Assembly (NCBI GenBank): GCA_964016885.1
Contig: OZ024765.1
Location: forward strand, 5,084,001 to 5,148,000
From: Eledone cirrhosa
Lineage: Eukaryota
DNA length: 64,000 nt
Reading direction: 5' to 3'
Under the pieces are notes generated by a model, which ran no database searches, had not been told where the DNA came from, and saw nothing but the letters and a program-made list of their open reading frames with translations. The position numbers and the translations under genes are program-made. Positions within the stretch are counted from its first letter, which is position 1; each line of letters starts with the position of its first letter. Shown piece by piece: positions 26,890-51,509 of this stretch.

Positions 26890-27235
26890 GGAGGCACATG
26901 GCTTAGTGGTTAGAGCATTGGCCTTGCAATCGAAAGGTTGTGAGTTCAATTCTCAGACCGGGTGATGTGTTGTGTCCTTGAGCAAGACACTTTATTTCAC
27001 ATTGCTCCAGTTTACTCAGCTGTAGAAATGAGATGATAGGGACTGGGGTCCCTATCATTCCACTGCAAAGTGGTCGTGGAGGTGCCACGGCAAAAAAGCA
27101 CCCAGCACTCACTGTAAATGAGGTTGGTGTTAGGAAGGGCATCCAGCTGTAGAAACCGAGCCAGAATCAGTTCCCGTCCCACCCTTGCAAGCAGGGAAAA
27201 GCGGACGTAAAATGAAATGATGATGATGATGATGA
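26890..27235 (+). mobile_element. tRNA-derived SINE family B (about 340 bp, (TGA)n tail)
   Basis: A box TGGCTTAGTGG, B box GAGTTCAATTCT, ttgagcaagacact core, ggaagggcatcc block; near-identical copies at about 12115-12415 (-), 13158-13490, 25399-25690, 34400-34727 (-), 39831-40160 and 48791-49130. Confidence 0.88.
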
Positions 27236-27777
27236 TATAAATTTATGTTGGAATATTTTAATTTAAATAAGAACCCTTTAAAATGTATGGATTTGTTTCA
27301 AAGAACCAAAGTTGGTTTTAGTAGGGTTGATATCAAAAGGGGGAATAATGAATTTTGAGGGATTTACTGAAATTATTAATTATTTCATTACTAAGACATA
27401 ATATATGATTCTTTTATATAATTATGTTGGAAGATTTTATTATAAATAGGAACAGTGATTAGGACCGATTAAAATAAAACATTCTGAAACGTGATCCACT
27501 GTCAATGTTATCCACAAAATGACAATAATACAAATTTTTTACGATCAAATTTACCTGGTTTTTACAAACGATAATTTTGAAAACATCAGAAAAGGTAAGA
27601 TTTTTTAAATCGAAATTTCATGAAGTTGTTTGCAGACGATAATGGTTGGGGGGAGGGGGGGAGTAAAACCAAAACTAGGAATGGCACTCAGTTTTATGAA
27701 GACGAAATGCTTACAACTAAAGCTAAATATAATCGTGATTTATAAGATATAAACAAACAAATTAACTGACAAAAGTA

Positions 27778-27827
<50 letters not shown>

Positions 27828-29722
27828 TTGTTTTATACTCTTCTTTTATTTTTCATAATTTATTTATTTCTAGAAACTATATTTGGAAAATACTAGAAAA
27901 GTAAGATTTCTAGCGAAAGTTCAACAGTAATTGGGAATCTAAAAAACTAGGAATGGTAAGGAGTTTTGGGAAGACGAAATGACTTCCAGCTCGGATTTAT
28001 AGATAATTGTGAGTTATAAGATATAAACTGTAAAACTTTTTTTTTAAATATTCTTATATTCCATTTATGATGTATTTCAAGTAATGTAATTGGAAAATAT
28101 CAGAAACTTAAGATTTCTTGCGAAATTCTGTGCACTTATTACAGACGATAAAGGGTAGCATAAAAAGTGAGTAGTACAGTTTTAGGAAAACGAAATGATG
28201 TGAAAATAAATTATTTGCAGGGACATTATAATCGCCGGTCTAGTGAAGGGACTTCTTGTCAAACCTATAGCAATGGAGACATCTGATGTTCTGGGTACCC
28301 AAACCACCTCCCTACTCACTGCTATCGAGACGGCCATCCGCATGGAATGGCTATTTGAACGTCTTCCTCACTATCTTCCGGGGCAACAGTTTGTCCATTC
28401 TGTCCTCCGCTGGAACCACGAAGTAGCTTGCGCTAAGGTGTGGAATGGGGGTTCTCTACACACCAAAGAGCGTTCCCCTACACCATCCGGGTTTATATCG
28501 TTGGGGTAGCCCCCACACACACCATATACATCCATACTAACATAGAAAAATAAGCATTAAAATTACTCTGGCCTTCGAATTATTTCAAATTTAGAATAAA
28601 CCACCCAGAATATTGTGAAGCCCCAATACCCACTCCACCTACACCACTCCAAGCACGAAAGTCTGAGGGTGACGAACCTGCTAATCACGATTAAAGTCTG
28701 TCTCGAGCCCAGAGGCCGGTGCTTATCACGGTTTCCGTGGAGAGTACACGACTGCTCCCTGGGCAGGACGCCAGTCCATTGCAGGGTTAAAATCTGTCTC
28801 GAGCCCAGAGGTTCACCAAGCCTGTGCTTATCTCCAGTACAAGACTGGACAGAACGCCAGTCAATTACAGAATTAACCCCCACTCTCAGCTATTGCTGGA
28901 ACTCATGTTTAGCTGAATATATTGGAGTAACGTGAAATGAAGTGTTTTGCTCAAGAACACACAGAGTGGGATTTACGTATAAGCTAAACAAGCTATAGCT
29001 TAGGGCCCCCACTTTCTTGGGGCCCAGAAAAAATTGAAAAAAAAATGGTGTACATTTCCAAAATATAAGATAAAAAAGAACTAAAATAATGCAATAGTTT
29101 TAAACAGTTTTCTGCTTTAATATTGAACGTTTTGCTGTTTTTATAACATTTTTTATAACATATAAAGGGCCCCATTATCTCAAATAGCTTAGGGCCTCAT
29201 CAAATCTAAATCCGGTCCTGAGAACACAACACAACCCAGTTCAGAAATCGAACATTCGACAACATGATCGTAAATCCAACACATTAACCACTGGAGTGAC
29301 CTGAAATGGAGTGTTTTGCTTAAGAACACAACACATAGCCGAACCCACGATAGTGTGATCTTAAGTCCAATATCTTTACCAGTAGGTCACGCACCTCTGG
29401 CTTTTTTGAATAATAATAATGCTGCTCTCCGCCTCAGCAAAGGAACTTAATATTTAGCGAGAAAATCAAGGTCATTTTGAAGCTGTCAGACTAGTTTTTT
29501 ATCATATATAATATTTTTATAAGTGTTTCTATAAAAAATATTATCTTAACGGGTGGGTTTTTAAACATGGAGGTTACGAGTAGATTCAATAACATCAACT
29601 TTTAGATACTTTATAGTTGTCTTGTATCAACCGTTTATATCTGAGTGGCTCGTTTACTTCCTGTTTTTCTTATCATTTTATTCTTTTCTCTCATGTTCTC
29701 TCTCTCTCGTTCTCTCTCTCAT

Positions 29723-29806
<84 letters not shown>

Positions 29807-30057
29807 TGGGAACAAGTATGACCCCGACGGCAGAGCTCAAGCCGTTTCGACGGCTATTTCTGGATGCTATTTGAGCTCTGCCGTTGGGGTCATACTTTTT
29901 CCTATTACCCACTCTACTACCCTAAGTATTGAGTACTCTGGTGCGTTATGGTCCACCTGGTTCCTTACCACAACTCCTTCGTTATATATATATATATATA
30001 TATATATATGACTACCTTGATTAAATCCATTTAACATCTCAGGGTATGTCATGTATC

Positions 30058-30120
30058 ATTATATTTTGTCTGATGAGGACGTACTGTTGTACATCCGAAA
30101 TATGTATAATAAAATGTAAT
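30058..30120 (+). ncRNA. Minimal type I hammerhead ribozyme (Penelope-like)
   Basis: stem I attatattttgt/ataaaatgtaat, CTGATGA (30070), stem II GGAcGTAC-tgtt-GTACaTCC, GAAA (30097), short stem III, AUA cleavage triplet ending at 30108. Confidence 0.8.
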
Positions 30121-30153
30121 TGATCAAATGAATATCTATTTTATTAATATTTA

Positions 30154-30184
<31 letters not shown>

Positions 30185-30685
30185 GTAGATAAATCTACCA
30201 AAAGTTTACGGTAGTGTCCAATCCGTATGAAGAACTCAATGTAATCCGGATATCATGGAAAGAAGAGATGCATTCAAAAATCACTTTAGGTGAAAGATAA
30301 ACGGAATACAGAGTCAAGATAAAATATTAAAACAATAATGAATAAAACAAAGAAACAGTTCCTTATATTAAACAAAAAAAATGAACTTTTATATTAAACA
30401 AAATAATGAACTTTTTTTGTTTAATATAAGGAACTGTTTCTTTGTTTTATTCATTATTTTTTTAATATTTTATATATATATATATGTGTGTGTGTTTAAT
30501 GGTAACTATGATGCTTCCATAGGCGGTATGCCAGTTGAGCACTCTATGTTCTTACAGAGCAGAGTGTGATATTTAGAATCAGAGAGATCCATACAATGAT
30601 CGTATCTCGAGCTGTCTGTCGACGAAACAATTGTAACACACAATAAATTGAGTCCAGATGCATCACTGATTTTTCGTTTTATATC

Positions 30686-30716
<31 letters not shown>

Positions 30717-31589
30717 CATATATATATATATACATATATATATATACATATATATAGTGGAGAGAGAGACTCTTAGTCTTCATTAAGACATCTCTCTTGG
30801 AGAAGGTCACTCTGATATAAAACCTACCGCTTCGTTTGCATCCAATGATGTAGACCAGTTCTACTAGTGGGGCAAATGTATTTGATGGTCAGAGAGTGGG
30901 ATTGGCTCCGTGCAAAGCCTTTCCTCGCTTAAAAACAGCTTCAAGCAGAGGCACCGCTTGATATGTGATATTGTTTGCTATGCATGGCCTTGCTGGCCAT
31001 AGGCAAGGCCCTAGCAGGACTAAAAAGCCACACCCGTCATGTTCATGCTTAAGTATCAATCAATGGCATTACTCGAAATCGAGTTGCAGCCGTCATCATG
31101 ATCATCGTCATATATACGATTTATATATATGGGGATCGATTTAATCGACTTTCCTCTTCCCTTCAAATTGTTGGCCTTGTGCTAAATGTAGAAACAATTA
31201 ATTGAATAACGCGTGTGTGTGTGTGTGTGTGTGTTAAAACTTTAATGGGTCAACGACGTGGCAGGACGATTAGATGTTTTCGTAGTTTCTTAAAACTTTC
31301 TCAAAAGTTACAGTGAGAGAGGGGGAGGGAAGGAAGACAAACTCTGAAGGGGAGAGAAATGGTGATAGAATAGTACAGAAAGGGAGTGGGAGTATGAGAG
31401 GAATAGAAATTATTAGGGAGGGGGAAATAGCGATAGAATAGGACAGTAAGAGGGAAGGAGAAAATGAGAGGAAGATTGTCTGTGAAGGAGGAAAAGATAG
31501 ATAAATAGAATAGGGTAGAGAGTGAGAGAGAGAGTCAGTGACTATGACAGGAAGAGAGAGTAGGAAAATGACAGAGTAAGAGAACTAGA

Positions 31590-32262
31590 GTAAACGGTGT
31601 AAGGGGAAGAGAATGAGAGAAAGAGTAAGCAATGTGAGAGGGAGAAAAAGAGAGATAACGTTAGTGGCGAAGTAAGAGAAGTACTGTAAGCGATGTAAAG
31701 GGGGGAGGAAAGAGAGATACAGTAAGCAATGTGAGGGGGAGGAGAAAAAGAAAGATAACGTTAGTGGCGAGGGTGATAGAGTAAGAGAAGTACTGTAAGC
31801 GATGTAATGAGAGGGGGGGGGAAAGAGAGATACAGTAAGCAATGTGAGGGGGAGGAGAAAAAGAAAGATAACGTTAGTGGCGAGGGTGATAGAGTAAGAG
31901 AAGTACTGTAAGCGATGTAATGAGAGGGGGGGGAAAGAGAGATACAGTAAGCAATGTGAGGGGGAGGAGAAAAAGAAAGATAACGTTAGTGGCGAGGGTG
32001 ATAGAGTAAGAGAAGTACTGTAAGCGATGTAATGAGAGGGGGGGGAAGAGAGATACAGTAAGCAATGTGAGGGGGAGGGGGAGAGATACAGTAAGCAATG
32101 TGAGGGAGGGGGAAAGAGAGATAACGTTAGTGGCGAGGGTGATAGAGTAAGAGAAGTACTGTAAGCGATGTAAAGGGAGGGGGAGAGAGATAGAGTAAGC
32201 AGTATGAAGGGAAGAGAGAGATAGAGTAAGCAGTATGAAGGGAAGAGAGAGACAGAGTAAAT
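31590..32262. repeat. GA-rich tandem repeat (unit about 110 bp) immediately upstream of the GORAB ATG
   Basis: recurring gataacgttagtggcga and tacagtaagcaatgtgag blocks. Confidence 0.85.
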
Positions 32263-32298
32263 GAATGAGGGAAAAGTTGAAGGAGAGCCAGTGAAATA

Positions 32299-42311
<10,013 letters not shown>

Positions 42312-42789
42312 TAGTTTCTAATTTAGGCACAAGGCCAGCAATTTTGGAGAAAGTCGATTAAATCGACATCAGTATATTACTGGTACTTTATTTTATCGAG
42401 CCTGTAAGGATGAAGGGTAAAGATGACCTCAATGGATTTTTGAACTCATACTGTTAAGCATTTCATCTTCTGCTCTAGTGCCTCTACCGAGTCATCTCGT
42501 TTCTAGTAATAATAATAATAATGATTTCTTTATCAGCCACACAGGGCTCACATTAAGAGAACATCAAAGATGGGACAGTGTGGCTTTTGTGTGGAAGAAG
42601 TTTGTAACAAAAACTAAAAAAAAAAATTTGAAAAATTAAACAAAACAAAACTAATTCCCTAATAAGGAGTAAATATACTATAATCATCATCATCATCATC
42701 GTTTAATGTTCATTTTCCATGCTAGCATGGGTTATCTGAGTTAACAAACCACATTTGCTAGACATTGTTGAAAAGAACTAAATAGAACT

Positions 42790-43790
42790 ATTACTGCATC
42801 ACATTAAACATAAAGGTTTTTACTCTAATACTGCAAATGTTCACAACAATCTGTCCCCTAGTAAAGATACTGTAAAGATACTGTAAACATTTCAATTAAC
42901 AAACACTATGAAATCATTTTAGCAAAACATTCTTGAAAAGTACAAAACAACACTGACTGCATGACATTAACAGTTAAAGTCTTTACTCTAACATTGCAAA
43001 CATTCACAACAGTCTGTCCACCAGTAAAGATACTATAAGCATTTAGTACAAAACAACATTATGACTACATCACATTAAATATTAAAGTCTTTACTGTAAT
43101 ACTGTAAATATTCACAACAATCTGTCCACCAGTAAAGATACTATAAACATTTAGTACAAAACAACACTATAACTACATTACATTAAATATTAAAGTCTTT
43201 ACTGTAATACTGTAAATATTCACAACAATCCGTCCATTAGTCAAGATACTATAAACATTTAGTACAAAACAACACTGACTACATCACATTAAATATTAAA
43301 GTCTTTACTGTAATACTGTAAATTTTCACAACAATCTGTCTACCAGTAAAGATACTATAAACATTTAGTACAAAACAACACTATGACTACATCACATTAA
43401 ATATTAAAGTCTTTACTGTAATACTGTAAATTTTCACTACAATCTGTCCACTAGTAAAGATACTATAAACATTTAGTACAAAACAACACTGACTACATCA
43501 CATTAAATATTAAAGTCTTTACTGTAATACTGTAAATTTTCACTACAATCTGTCCACTAGTAAAGATACTATAAACATTTAGTACAAAACAACACTGACT
43601 ACATCACATTAAATATTAAAGTCTTTACTGTAATACTGTAAATTTTCACACCAATCTGTCCACTAGTAAAGATACTATAAACATTTGAATTAACGAAACG
43701 TTCTTGAAATGTTTAAAACAACACTATGACTGCATCACATTAAGTCTTTACTCTCATACTACAGATTTTCACAACAATCTGTCCGCGTTT
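42790..43790. repeat. About 107-bp AT-rich tandem array downstream of the GORAB stop
   Basis: taaagtctttact recurs at about 43083, 43191, 43297, 43404, 43511 and 43617. Confidence 0.88.
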
Positions 43791-44619
43791 GAATTAACAA
43801 ACCTGTTTTTAGATATTATCATCGTCGTCGTCGATTAACATCTATCTTCCATGCTAGCATGGGTTAGATGGGTTTGTCTCATTTAGAGGCAAGTTGGGAC
43901 GGGTGACCGTGTCATATAGGAGAGTTTCTGGCTGGTTTTCTACAGCTGGATGCTCTTCCTAACGGCAACCACGTTTACAGTGAGTGCTGGGTACTTTTTG
44001 CTGTGTCTCCCACACAACCACTTCAGTGTGTACTGGGTACTTTTTGCTGTCTTTTACACGTCCACTTTACAGTGTGGGCTGGGTGTTTTGGGGCTGCTTT
44101 TCTGCAGCTGGATGCCCTTCCATTTACAGTGTGTGCTGGGTACTTTTTGCTGTGACACCTACAGAATCACTTTACAGTGTGGACTGGGCACCTTTGTTAC
44201 GACACCGACACAACACAGTGAGGACTGGGGAGGGTGGAGGGGCTTGGGGGGGGAAAAGATGTGGACAGGGTAGTAGGGAAGGCATGGTTACCACTCAGGA
44301 AGGTGAAGCTGCTAAATTATTACAGGATGTTAAGAGACAAGCTAAGTTTATATCAACTTATTTAGTTGAACTGTGGAAACACTTCTGCTATTTAACCCTA
44401 CCCTGACCAAACCACCTTCAAAACAAAGTAAATATCAACTATTTATTAAATTAGGTCATGAAGGCGCAAGGCTCAGTGGTTAGAGTGTTGGGCTTACAAT
44501 CACGACACTCTGAGTTTGATTCTCAGGTCAGGCTTTGCGATGTGTATTTTAGACACTTTATTTCACGTTACACCAGTTCACTCAGCTGTAGAAATGAGTT
44601 GTGATGTCACTGGTGCCAA

Positions 44620-45280
44620 GCTGTATCAGCCATTGCCTTTCCCTTGGCTATCATCGGTGGCCTGGAGAGGTGAGACTGGTATGTATGGTTGACTGGTATC
44701 AGCCATTGCCTTTCCCTTGGCTATCATCAGTGGCCTGGAGAGGGGAGACTGGTATGTATGGTTGACTGGTATCAGCCATTGCCTTTCCCTTGGCTATCAT
44801 CGGTGGCCTGGAGAGGGGAGACTGGTATGTATGGTTGACTGGTATCAGCCATTGCCTTTCCCTTGGCTATCATCGGTGGCCTGGAGAGGGGAGACTGGTA
44901 TGTATGGTTGACTGGTATCAGCCATTGCCTTTCCCTTGGCTATCATCGGTGGCCTGGAGAGGGGAGACTGGTATGTATGGTTGACTGGTATCAGCCATTG
45001 CCTTTCCCTTGGCTATCATGAGTGGCCTGGAGAGGGGAGACTGGTATGTATGGTTGACTGGTATCAGCCATTGCCTTTCCCTTGGCTATCATCGGTGGCC
45101 TGGAGAGGGGAGACTGGTATGTATGGTTGACTGGTATCAGCCATTGCCTTTCCCTTGGCTATCATCGGTGGCCTGGAGAGGGGAGACTGGTATGTATGGT
45201 TGACTGGTATCAGCCATTGCCTTTCCCTTGGCTATCATCGGTGGCCTGGAGAGGGGAGACTGGTATGTATGGTTGACTGC
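44620..45280. repeat. 73-bp tandem array (about 9 copies) inside a SINE (about 44460-45372)
   Basis: ORF offsets of 73; an unamplified monomeric relative of the SINE is at about 49143-49480. Confidence 0.92.
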
Positions 45281-45604
45281 TGGTCTTCCACAAACCATCT
45301 TGCCTCAGAGAGGAACTTTCTTGGTGCAAATCCCATGGTCATACGTGACCGAAGCGGGGCTTTGCCCTTTATACTTTTTATTAAACTAGGTTATATATTA
45401 ACATATGTGAAGGTGCATGTCTTAGTGGTTAGTATGTTTGAGTTCAAGTCCTTGAGCAAGACACTTTATTTCACATTTTTCCAGTCCACTCAACTGGCAA
45501 AAATGAGTTGTATTTGTAATTCAAAGAGTCGATTTTGTCACTCACTGCGACAAACTGAATCTCCCTGAGAATTAAGTTAAGAGTATTCGTGTCTAAGGAA
45601 TATG

Positions 45605-45643
<39 letters not shown>

Positions 45644-45649
45644 CTCTCG

Positions 45650-45690
<41 letters not shown>

Positions 45691-46119
45691 CACATCATCA
45701 TTTTATATATATCATCGTTTAACGTCCATCTTCCACGCTTGCATGGAAGATGGACGTTAAACGATGATGATGATATATATGCGTGTGTGTGTTTATCATC
45801 ATCATCATCACCGTTTTACGTCCGTTCTTCCACGCTAGCATGGGTTAGACGGGTTGTCCTGTTGTGGGCAGTGTCCGGTCGGCTGACCTTGTCTTGCTCA
45901 TACGGGAACTCATTCTGGATGCCCTTCCTAACACCAACCTCATTTACAGTCAGTGCTAGGTGCTTTTTTTTCCGTGGCACCTCCACATCCACTTTACAGT
46001 GTGGGCTGGGTGCATTTCTACCGTGGCACCTACATGATCACTTTACAGTGTGGCCTGGGTGCTTTTTTGCCGTGGCACCTCCAAGTCCACTTTGCAGAGG
46101 GAGGGTGTTGGGGCATGTT

Positions 46120-46178
<59 letters not shown>

Positions 46179-47355
46179 TTATATACAGTGGGAGGGTGTG
46201 GGGGCATGTTTATGTATATATATAATATATATATATATGTTGTTTACTCGAGAGAAGGCTACGTTGGTATGGACACGTGATGCGCATGAAAGTCGATAGC
46301 TGTATAACAAAGTGCAGGGCAATAAAGATAGACGGTAGCCACGGAATAGGCAGACCTAGAAAAACCTGGGACGAGCTGATAAACTCCGACATCACACACT
46401 TACACCTCTCCAAGACAATGTCACTGGACTGAGACCTTTGGCGGTACTCAGTAACAGAGAAGACCCGCCTTACCTAAATATATAGTAAAACCTACTCCAG
46501 CCAGTAGGCATCTCTAACAAAATACACCCCGTCCCACCACCACCACCCCCACCCCATCCACACCACCCCGTTCTATGTAAAGTTATGTTGGTGCCGCGCC
46601 ATCGAGGCCGAAACAAATGAGATCGTGTAGGTGTCACGACAAAAAAACACACAGTCCACGCTGTAATGTGGCCGTGTAGGCAACACGGTAAAAACCTCCC
46701 AGACCCACACTGTAAATGTGGTTGGTATTAGGAAGGGCATCCAACTGTAGAAAACCTGCCAGACAGTCCTATGCGAGCAAGACAATCACTCTTGCCTCAA
46801 GTGGGACTACCCCCGTCCAAACCCATGCAAGCGTGGAACACGGACGTTAAACGTTGATGATGATGACATCATCATTTTATATATATCATCATCATCGTTT
46901 AACATCCATCTTCCACGCTTGCATGGAAGATGGACGTTAAACGATGATGATGATATATATGTGTGTGTTTTTATATATATGTGTGTGTTTATCATCATCA
47001 TCATCACCGTTTTACGTCCGTTCTTCCACGCTAGCATGGGTTAGACGGGTTGTCCTGTTGTGGGCAGTGTCTGGTCGGCTGACCTTGTCTTGCTCATATG
47101 GGAACTCATTCTGGCTTGATTTCTACAGCTGGATGCCCTTCCTAACACCAACCTCATTTACAGTCAGCGCTAGGTGCTTTTTTTTCCGTGGCACCTCCAC
47201 ATCCACTTTACAGTGTGGGCTGGGTGCATTTCTACTGTGGCACCTACATGATCACTTTACAGTGTGGCCTGGGTGCTTTTTTGCCGTGGCACCGCCAAGT
47301 CCACTTTGCAGAGGGAGGGTGTTGGGGCATGTTTATGTGTATATATATATATGTG

Positions 47356-47388
<33 letters not shown>

Positions 47389-49614
47389 TTATATACAGTG
47401 GGAGGGTGTGGGGGCATGTTTATGTATATATATAATATATATATATATATATAGTGTGTGTGTGTGTGTTTATATACATGTATCTAACAACATATATATG
47501 ATTATATATATATATATATAGTGTGTGTGTGTGTGTGTGTGTTTGTATACATGTATCTAACAACATATATGATTATATATGATTATATATATGTATATAT
47601 ATAAAATGAATAATATAACCAGGGTTTAGTTACATATATTTAATAGATTTATGAATGTTTCTTTCAAATACAGAAGTACCATTTTATTCCTCTGCACTGA
47701 GATCCTCAGAATCATAAGTTTTAATGTTACCCTCACAATATTCAAGATTTGGAGATGTTCGGACATGTCGTTGTTAAATGATTATCTTTTGTGTTTTATT
47801 TAATGATGGTGAGGAATTCAGTTCAGAGGAGTAAAATGGTTCTTCCTTCTGTATTGAAAGAAACATTCGTAATTCTATGAAATAATTGTTTCTACTTTTG
47901 GCACAAGGCCAGCAAATTACCCCCAGTGCGTTACTGGTACTTTATTTTATCGACTCCCGTAAGGATGAAAGGCAAAGTTAACCTCGGCGGGATTTGAACT
48001 CAGAATGGCAAGGGCAGTAACTCTATGCGTCAGAACATGGCGTCCGACCCTTTACCGATGTTATTAAACCCTGATTATTTTATATATAAATATATATATA
48101 ATCCTCATTTTATCATCATTTACCATGCTGGCATGGGTCGGATGGGCTGTTGTGATCAGAGGACCACATCATTGTTCATATGTTCCATTTTGGTACAGTT
48201 TCTACTGCTGGATGCCTTTCCCAATGCCAACCATTTGACTGAATTTAAATTTAATAAAAATGATTTTAATTTTTTTATTTTTTTTTTTTTTATTTCATGG
48301 TGCTTAAACAAAATAATGAAATAAATGCTAATTATAAAAAAAAATATTTATGAAGTCAAATAAAATAAAATAAATATAATTAAAAATGTATAAATATGTA
48401 AATAAAAATAAATAAATATATTTTCTTGAATTTTGAATTGTAAATGCTCTGCTACTGGAAACTGGCCTTTATTTATCTGGTTTCCTTTCACTCCTGAAGA
48501 AAGAAGGACTGAAAAGAGTGCATAGAATTTATCTTATCTTACCAGTGAAAATAGTGAACTAATAACACCATCATCGTTTAATGTCTATCTTCCACACTAG
48601 CATGGGTTTAGATGGGAATTGTCCCACTTGAAGCAAGATTGGTTGTCTTGCTCGTGTAGGACTGTGGCAGGTTTTCTACGGCTTGATGCCCTTCCTAACA
48701 CCAACTACGTTTACAGTGTGGATTGGGAGGTTTTTACCGTATGTATTGTATGTATATATGTATGTGTATATATATATATATATATATGTATGGAGGCACA
48801 TGGCTTAGTGGTTAGAGCATTAGCCTTGCAATCGAAAGGTTGTGAGTTCAATTCTCAGACCAGGTGATGTGTTGTTTCCTTGAACAAGACACTTTATTTC
48901 ACATTGCTCTAGTTTACTCAGCTGTAGAAATGAGATGATAGGGACTGGGGTCCCTATCATTCCACTGCAAATTGGTCATGGAGGTGCCACAGCAAAAAAG
49001 CACCCAGCACTCACTGTAAATGAGGTTGGTGTTAGGAAGGGCATCCAGCTGTAGAAATCAAGCCAGAATCAGTTCCCGTCCCACCCTTGCAAGCAGGTAA
49101 AAGCGGACGTAAAATGAAATGATGATGATGATTGTGTGTGTGTGAAGGCGCATGGTTTTGTGGTTAGAGTGTTGGGCTTACAATCCTAAAGTTGTTAGTT
49201 TGATCCTCTGGCTGTGCTTTGTGTTGTGTTCTTGAGCAAGACACACTATTTCCCGTTGCTCCTTTTCACTCAGCTGTAGAAATGAGTTGCGACGTCACTG
49301 GTACCAAGCTGTATCAGCCATTACTTTTCCCTTGGACTACGTCAGTAGAGAGGAGACTGGTATGTATGCGTGACTGCTGGTCTTCCTCAAATAACCTTGC
49401 CCGGATTTGTGCCTCGGAGGGAAACTTTCTATGTGCAACTCCCATGGTCACTCGTGACCAAAGTGGGGTCTTTACCCTTTTATACATATATATATATCTA
49501 CATCATTGATTAACATCCATCTTCCACGCTAGCATGGGTTTGACGAGTCCCATTTAGAGGTAAACAACATATATATTTATTTAAACAACATAGGTAAACA
49601 ACATATATATTTAT

Positions 49615-49835
49615 TTATTAAAATAACAGATTAAGGTTTAAGCAAAGAATCGCTGCTTTCGCCCTTAACGGGATCTTCGGAATATCCCGTTAAGGGTGAA
49701 AGCAGCGATTCTTTGCTTAAACTTTAATCTGTTATTTTAATAAATATTTGCTCTACCGTTTTATATATTTTATATATATATTATCCTTATCGAGTCCTCT
49801 TTGGATTTTAATCTTCACATTTATTATTATTACTA
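49615..49835. mobile_element. Palindromic Penelope-like fragment family; scrambled copies at about 4755-5335 and 50750-50962
   Basis: near-perfect inverted repeat 49615-49746 with shared downstream sequence, embedded in (TA)n. Confidence 0.55.
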
Positions 49836-50721
49836 TATATATATATTTATATTTGATAGACTATATATATATATATCTGTATTTTTAACCGTTGGTCAAT
49901 CAATGATAAACGTTGATTGCCAAATAAATTAACTATAGAGATATAAAAGATACAGAAACGAAAACCAACCAAACAGTGAGTGTGTTCTGTTATTATTTCT
50001 GGCAATATTATTACAACAATATGACCCTCCCCAAGTATAACAATATTTGTTTCGACACACGATTTCATATCAAAAACCTTGCAAAACAAATTTATCGCCG
50101 TTCAACTGATAAGGTATGGTTTCCTTGGCTGTGTCAAAATTTATAAGACACACTTTGTATTTTATATGATGAAAGCGTACCAACATTTTTGCTACACTTG
50201 AAATATATATAATAGAATAAATATGGTTTTATAAATATAGTTTCCATTTATTTAATATCATTGTATATATATATACAAAAGTGACACTGAGGAGACTGAG
50301 GTTAGCTGGACATGCTCACCGACATCCAGAGTTGACACTGCACTCAGTGCTCCTGTGGGAGCCCCTACATGGACACACTGGAAGAGGAAGACCAAGGTTA
50401 ACGTATGTTGATGCCTTAAGGACAGACACTGGTCTGTTGGAGACGCAGGACATGGCAGCGATAATGAGGGACAGAGATCGCTGGAGAGAACTCGTCCATG
50501 GATCTCGGGAATTTTACCCACCCTAGATATAGAATAGAATATATATATATATATATTTATTTATTTATGCCTGGTGGTCATCGATCTGTCCAATTCGTTT
50601 GTCTACCAGCATATCAGGAAAGAATTAAACATTTTCTATATATTTTGTCTGAGGAGAACATGCTTTGCTTTAAGTTATACATAAAACTTTAGATCTTTGA
50701 AATAAATAGAGACGATATAAA

Positions 50722-50755
<34 letters not shown>

Positions 50756-51139
50756 ATAATAATAAATTTGAAGACTAAAATCCAAAGAGGGCTCGATAAG
50801 GATAAATATATATCAAATATATAAGAACCGTAGAGCAAATATTTATTAAAATAACAGATTAAAGTTTAAGCAAAGAATCGCTCCTTTCAACCTTAACGGG
50901 ATCTTCTAACGGTGAAAGCAGAGATTCTTTGCTTAAACTTTAATCTGTTATTTTAATAAATATATATATATATATATATAATATTAGTAATAAATGATAT
51001 ATATACTTTATATCATCTCTATTTATTTCATTATATATATTTCGAAGATCTAAAGTTTCATGTTATAAATATAAACATTTATATTTGTTGAATTACCAAC
51101 AAATTGAATATCCTTTCTGCTTATATATATATGTATATG

Positions 51140-51173
<34 letters not shown>

Positions 51174-51495
51174 TGTATGTATGTGTGTGTGTGTGTGTGT
51201 GCATTATATTTATTAAAATAACAGATAAAAGTTTAAGCAAAGAACCGCTGCTTACACGCTTATTATTACTATATTCATTATATATATATATATACATACA
51301 TATATATATACATACATACATATATATATATATATAAGAAGGAATATATATACACAAAGTATATGTGTGCGTGTGTATTTAAAGCAAGATATATACTATG
51401 TCAAGTCGGCACGCCTCCATGTATGTATTTACCTGTGATAGTGAAAGTGTCATGGTGACAACGAGCTGCGCCGCCGTTACAAAGTTGTTGACAGT

Positions 51496-51509
51496 GTTAC
51501 CATGACAAC
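51496..51509. promoter_or_regulatory. RFX X-box in the probable ZBBX promoter
   Basis: GTTACCATGACAAC fits the X-box consensus GTTNCCATGGNAAC with one mismatch; it lies in a unique CpG-containing patch (about 51400-51535); a second degenerate inverted box is at about 51447-51462. Confidence 0.7.

Noticed and set aside
26890-26965. tRNA-like sequence with A and B boxes
   Set aside because: Head of a multi-copy SINE; no proper acceptor stem or terminator
28210-28512. Unique GC-richer stretch with an 88-aa ORF
   Set aside because: No splice context; a GGLG-like motif in a broken minus frame suggests an old LINE fragment, too weak to call
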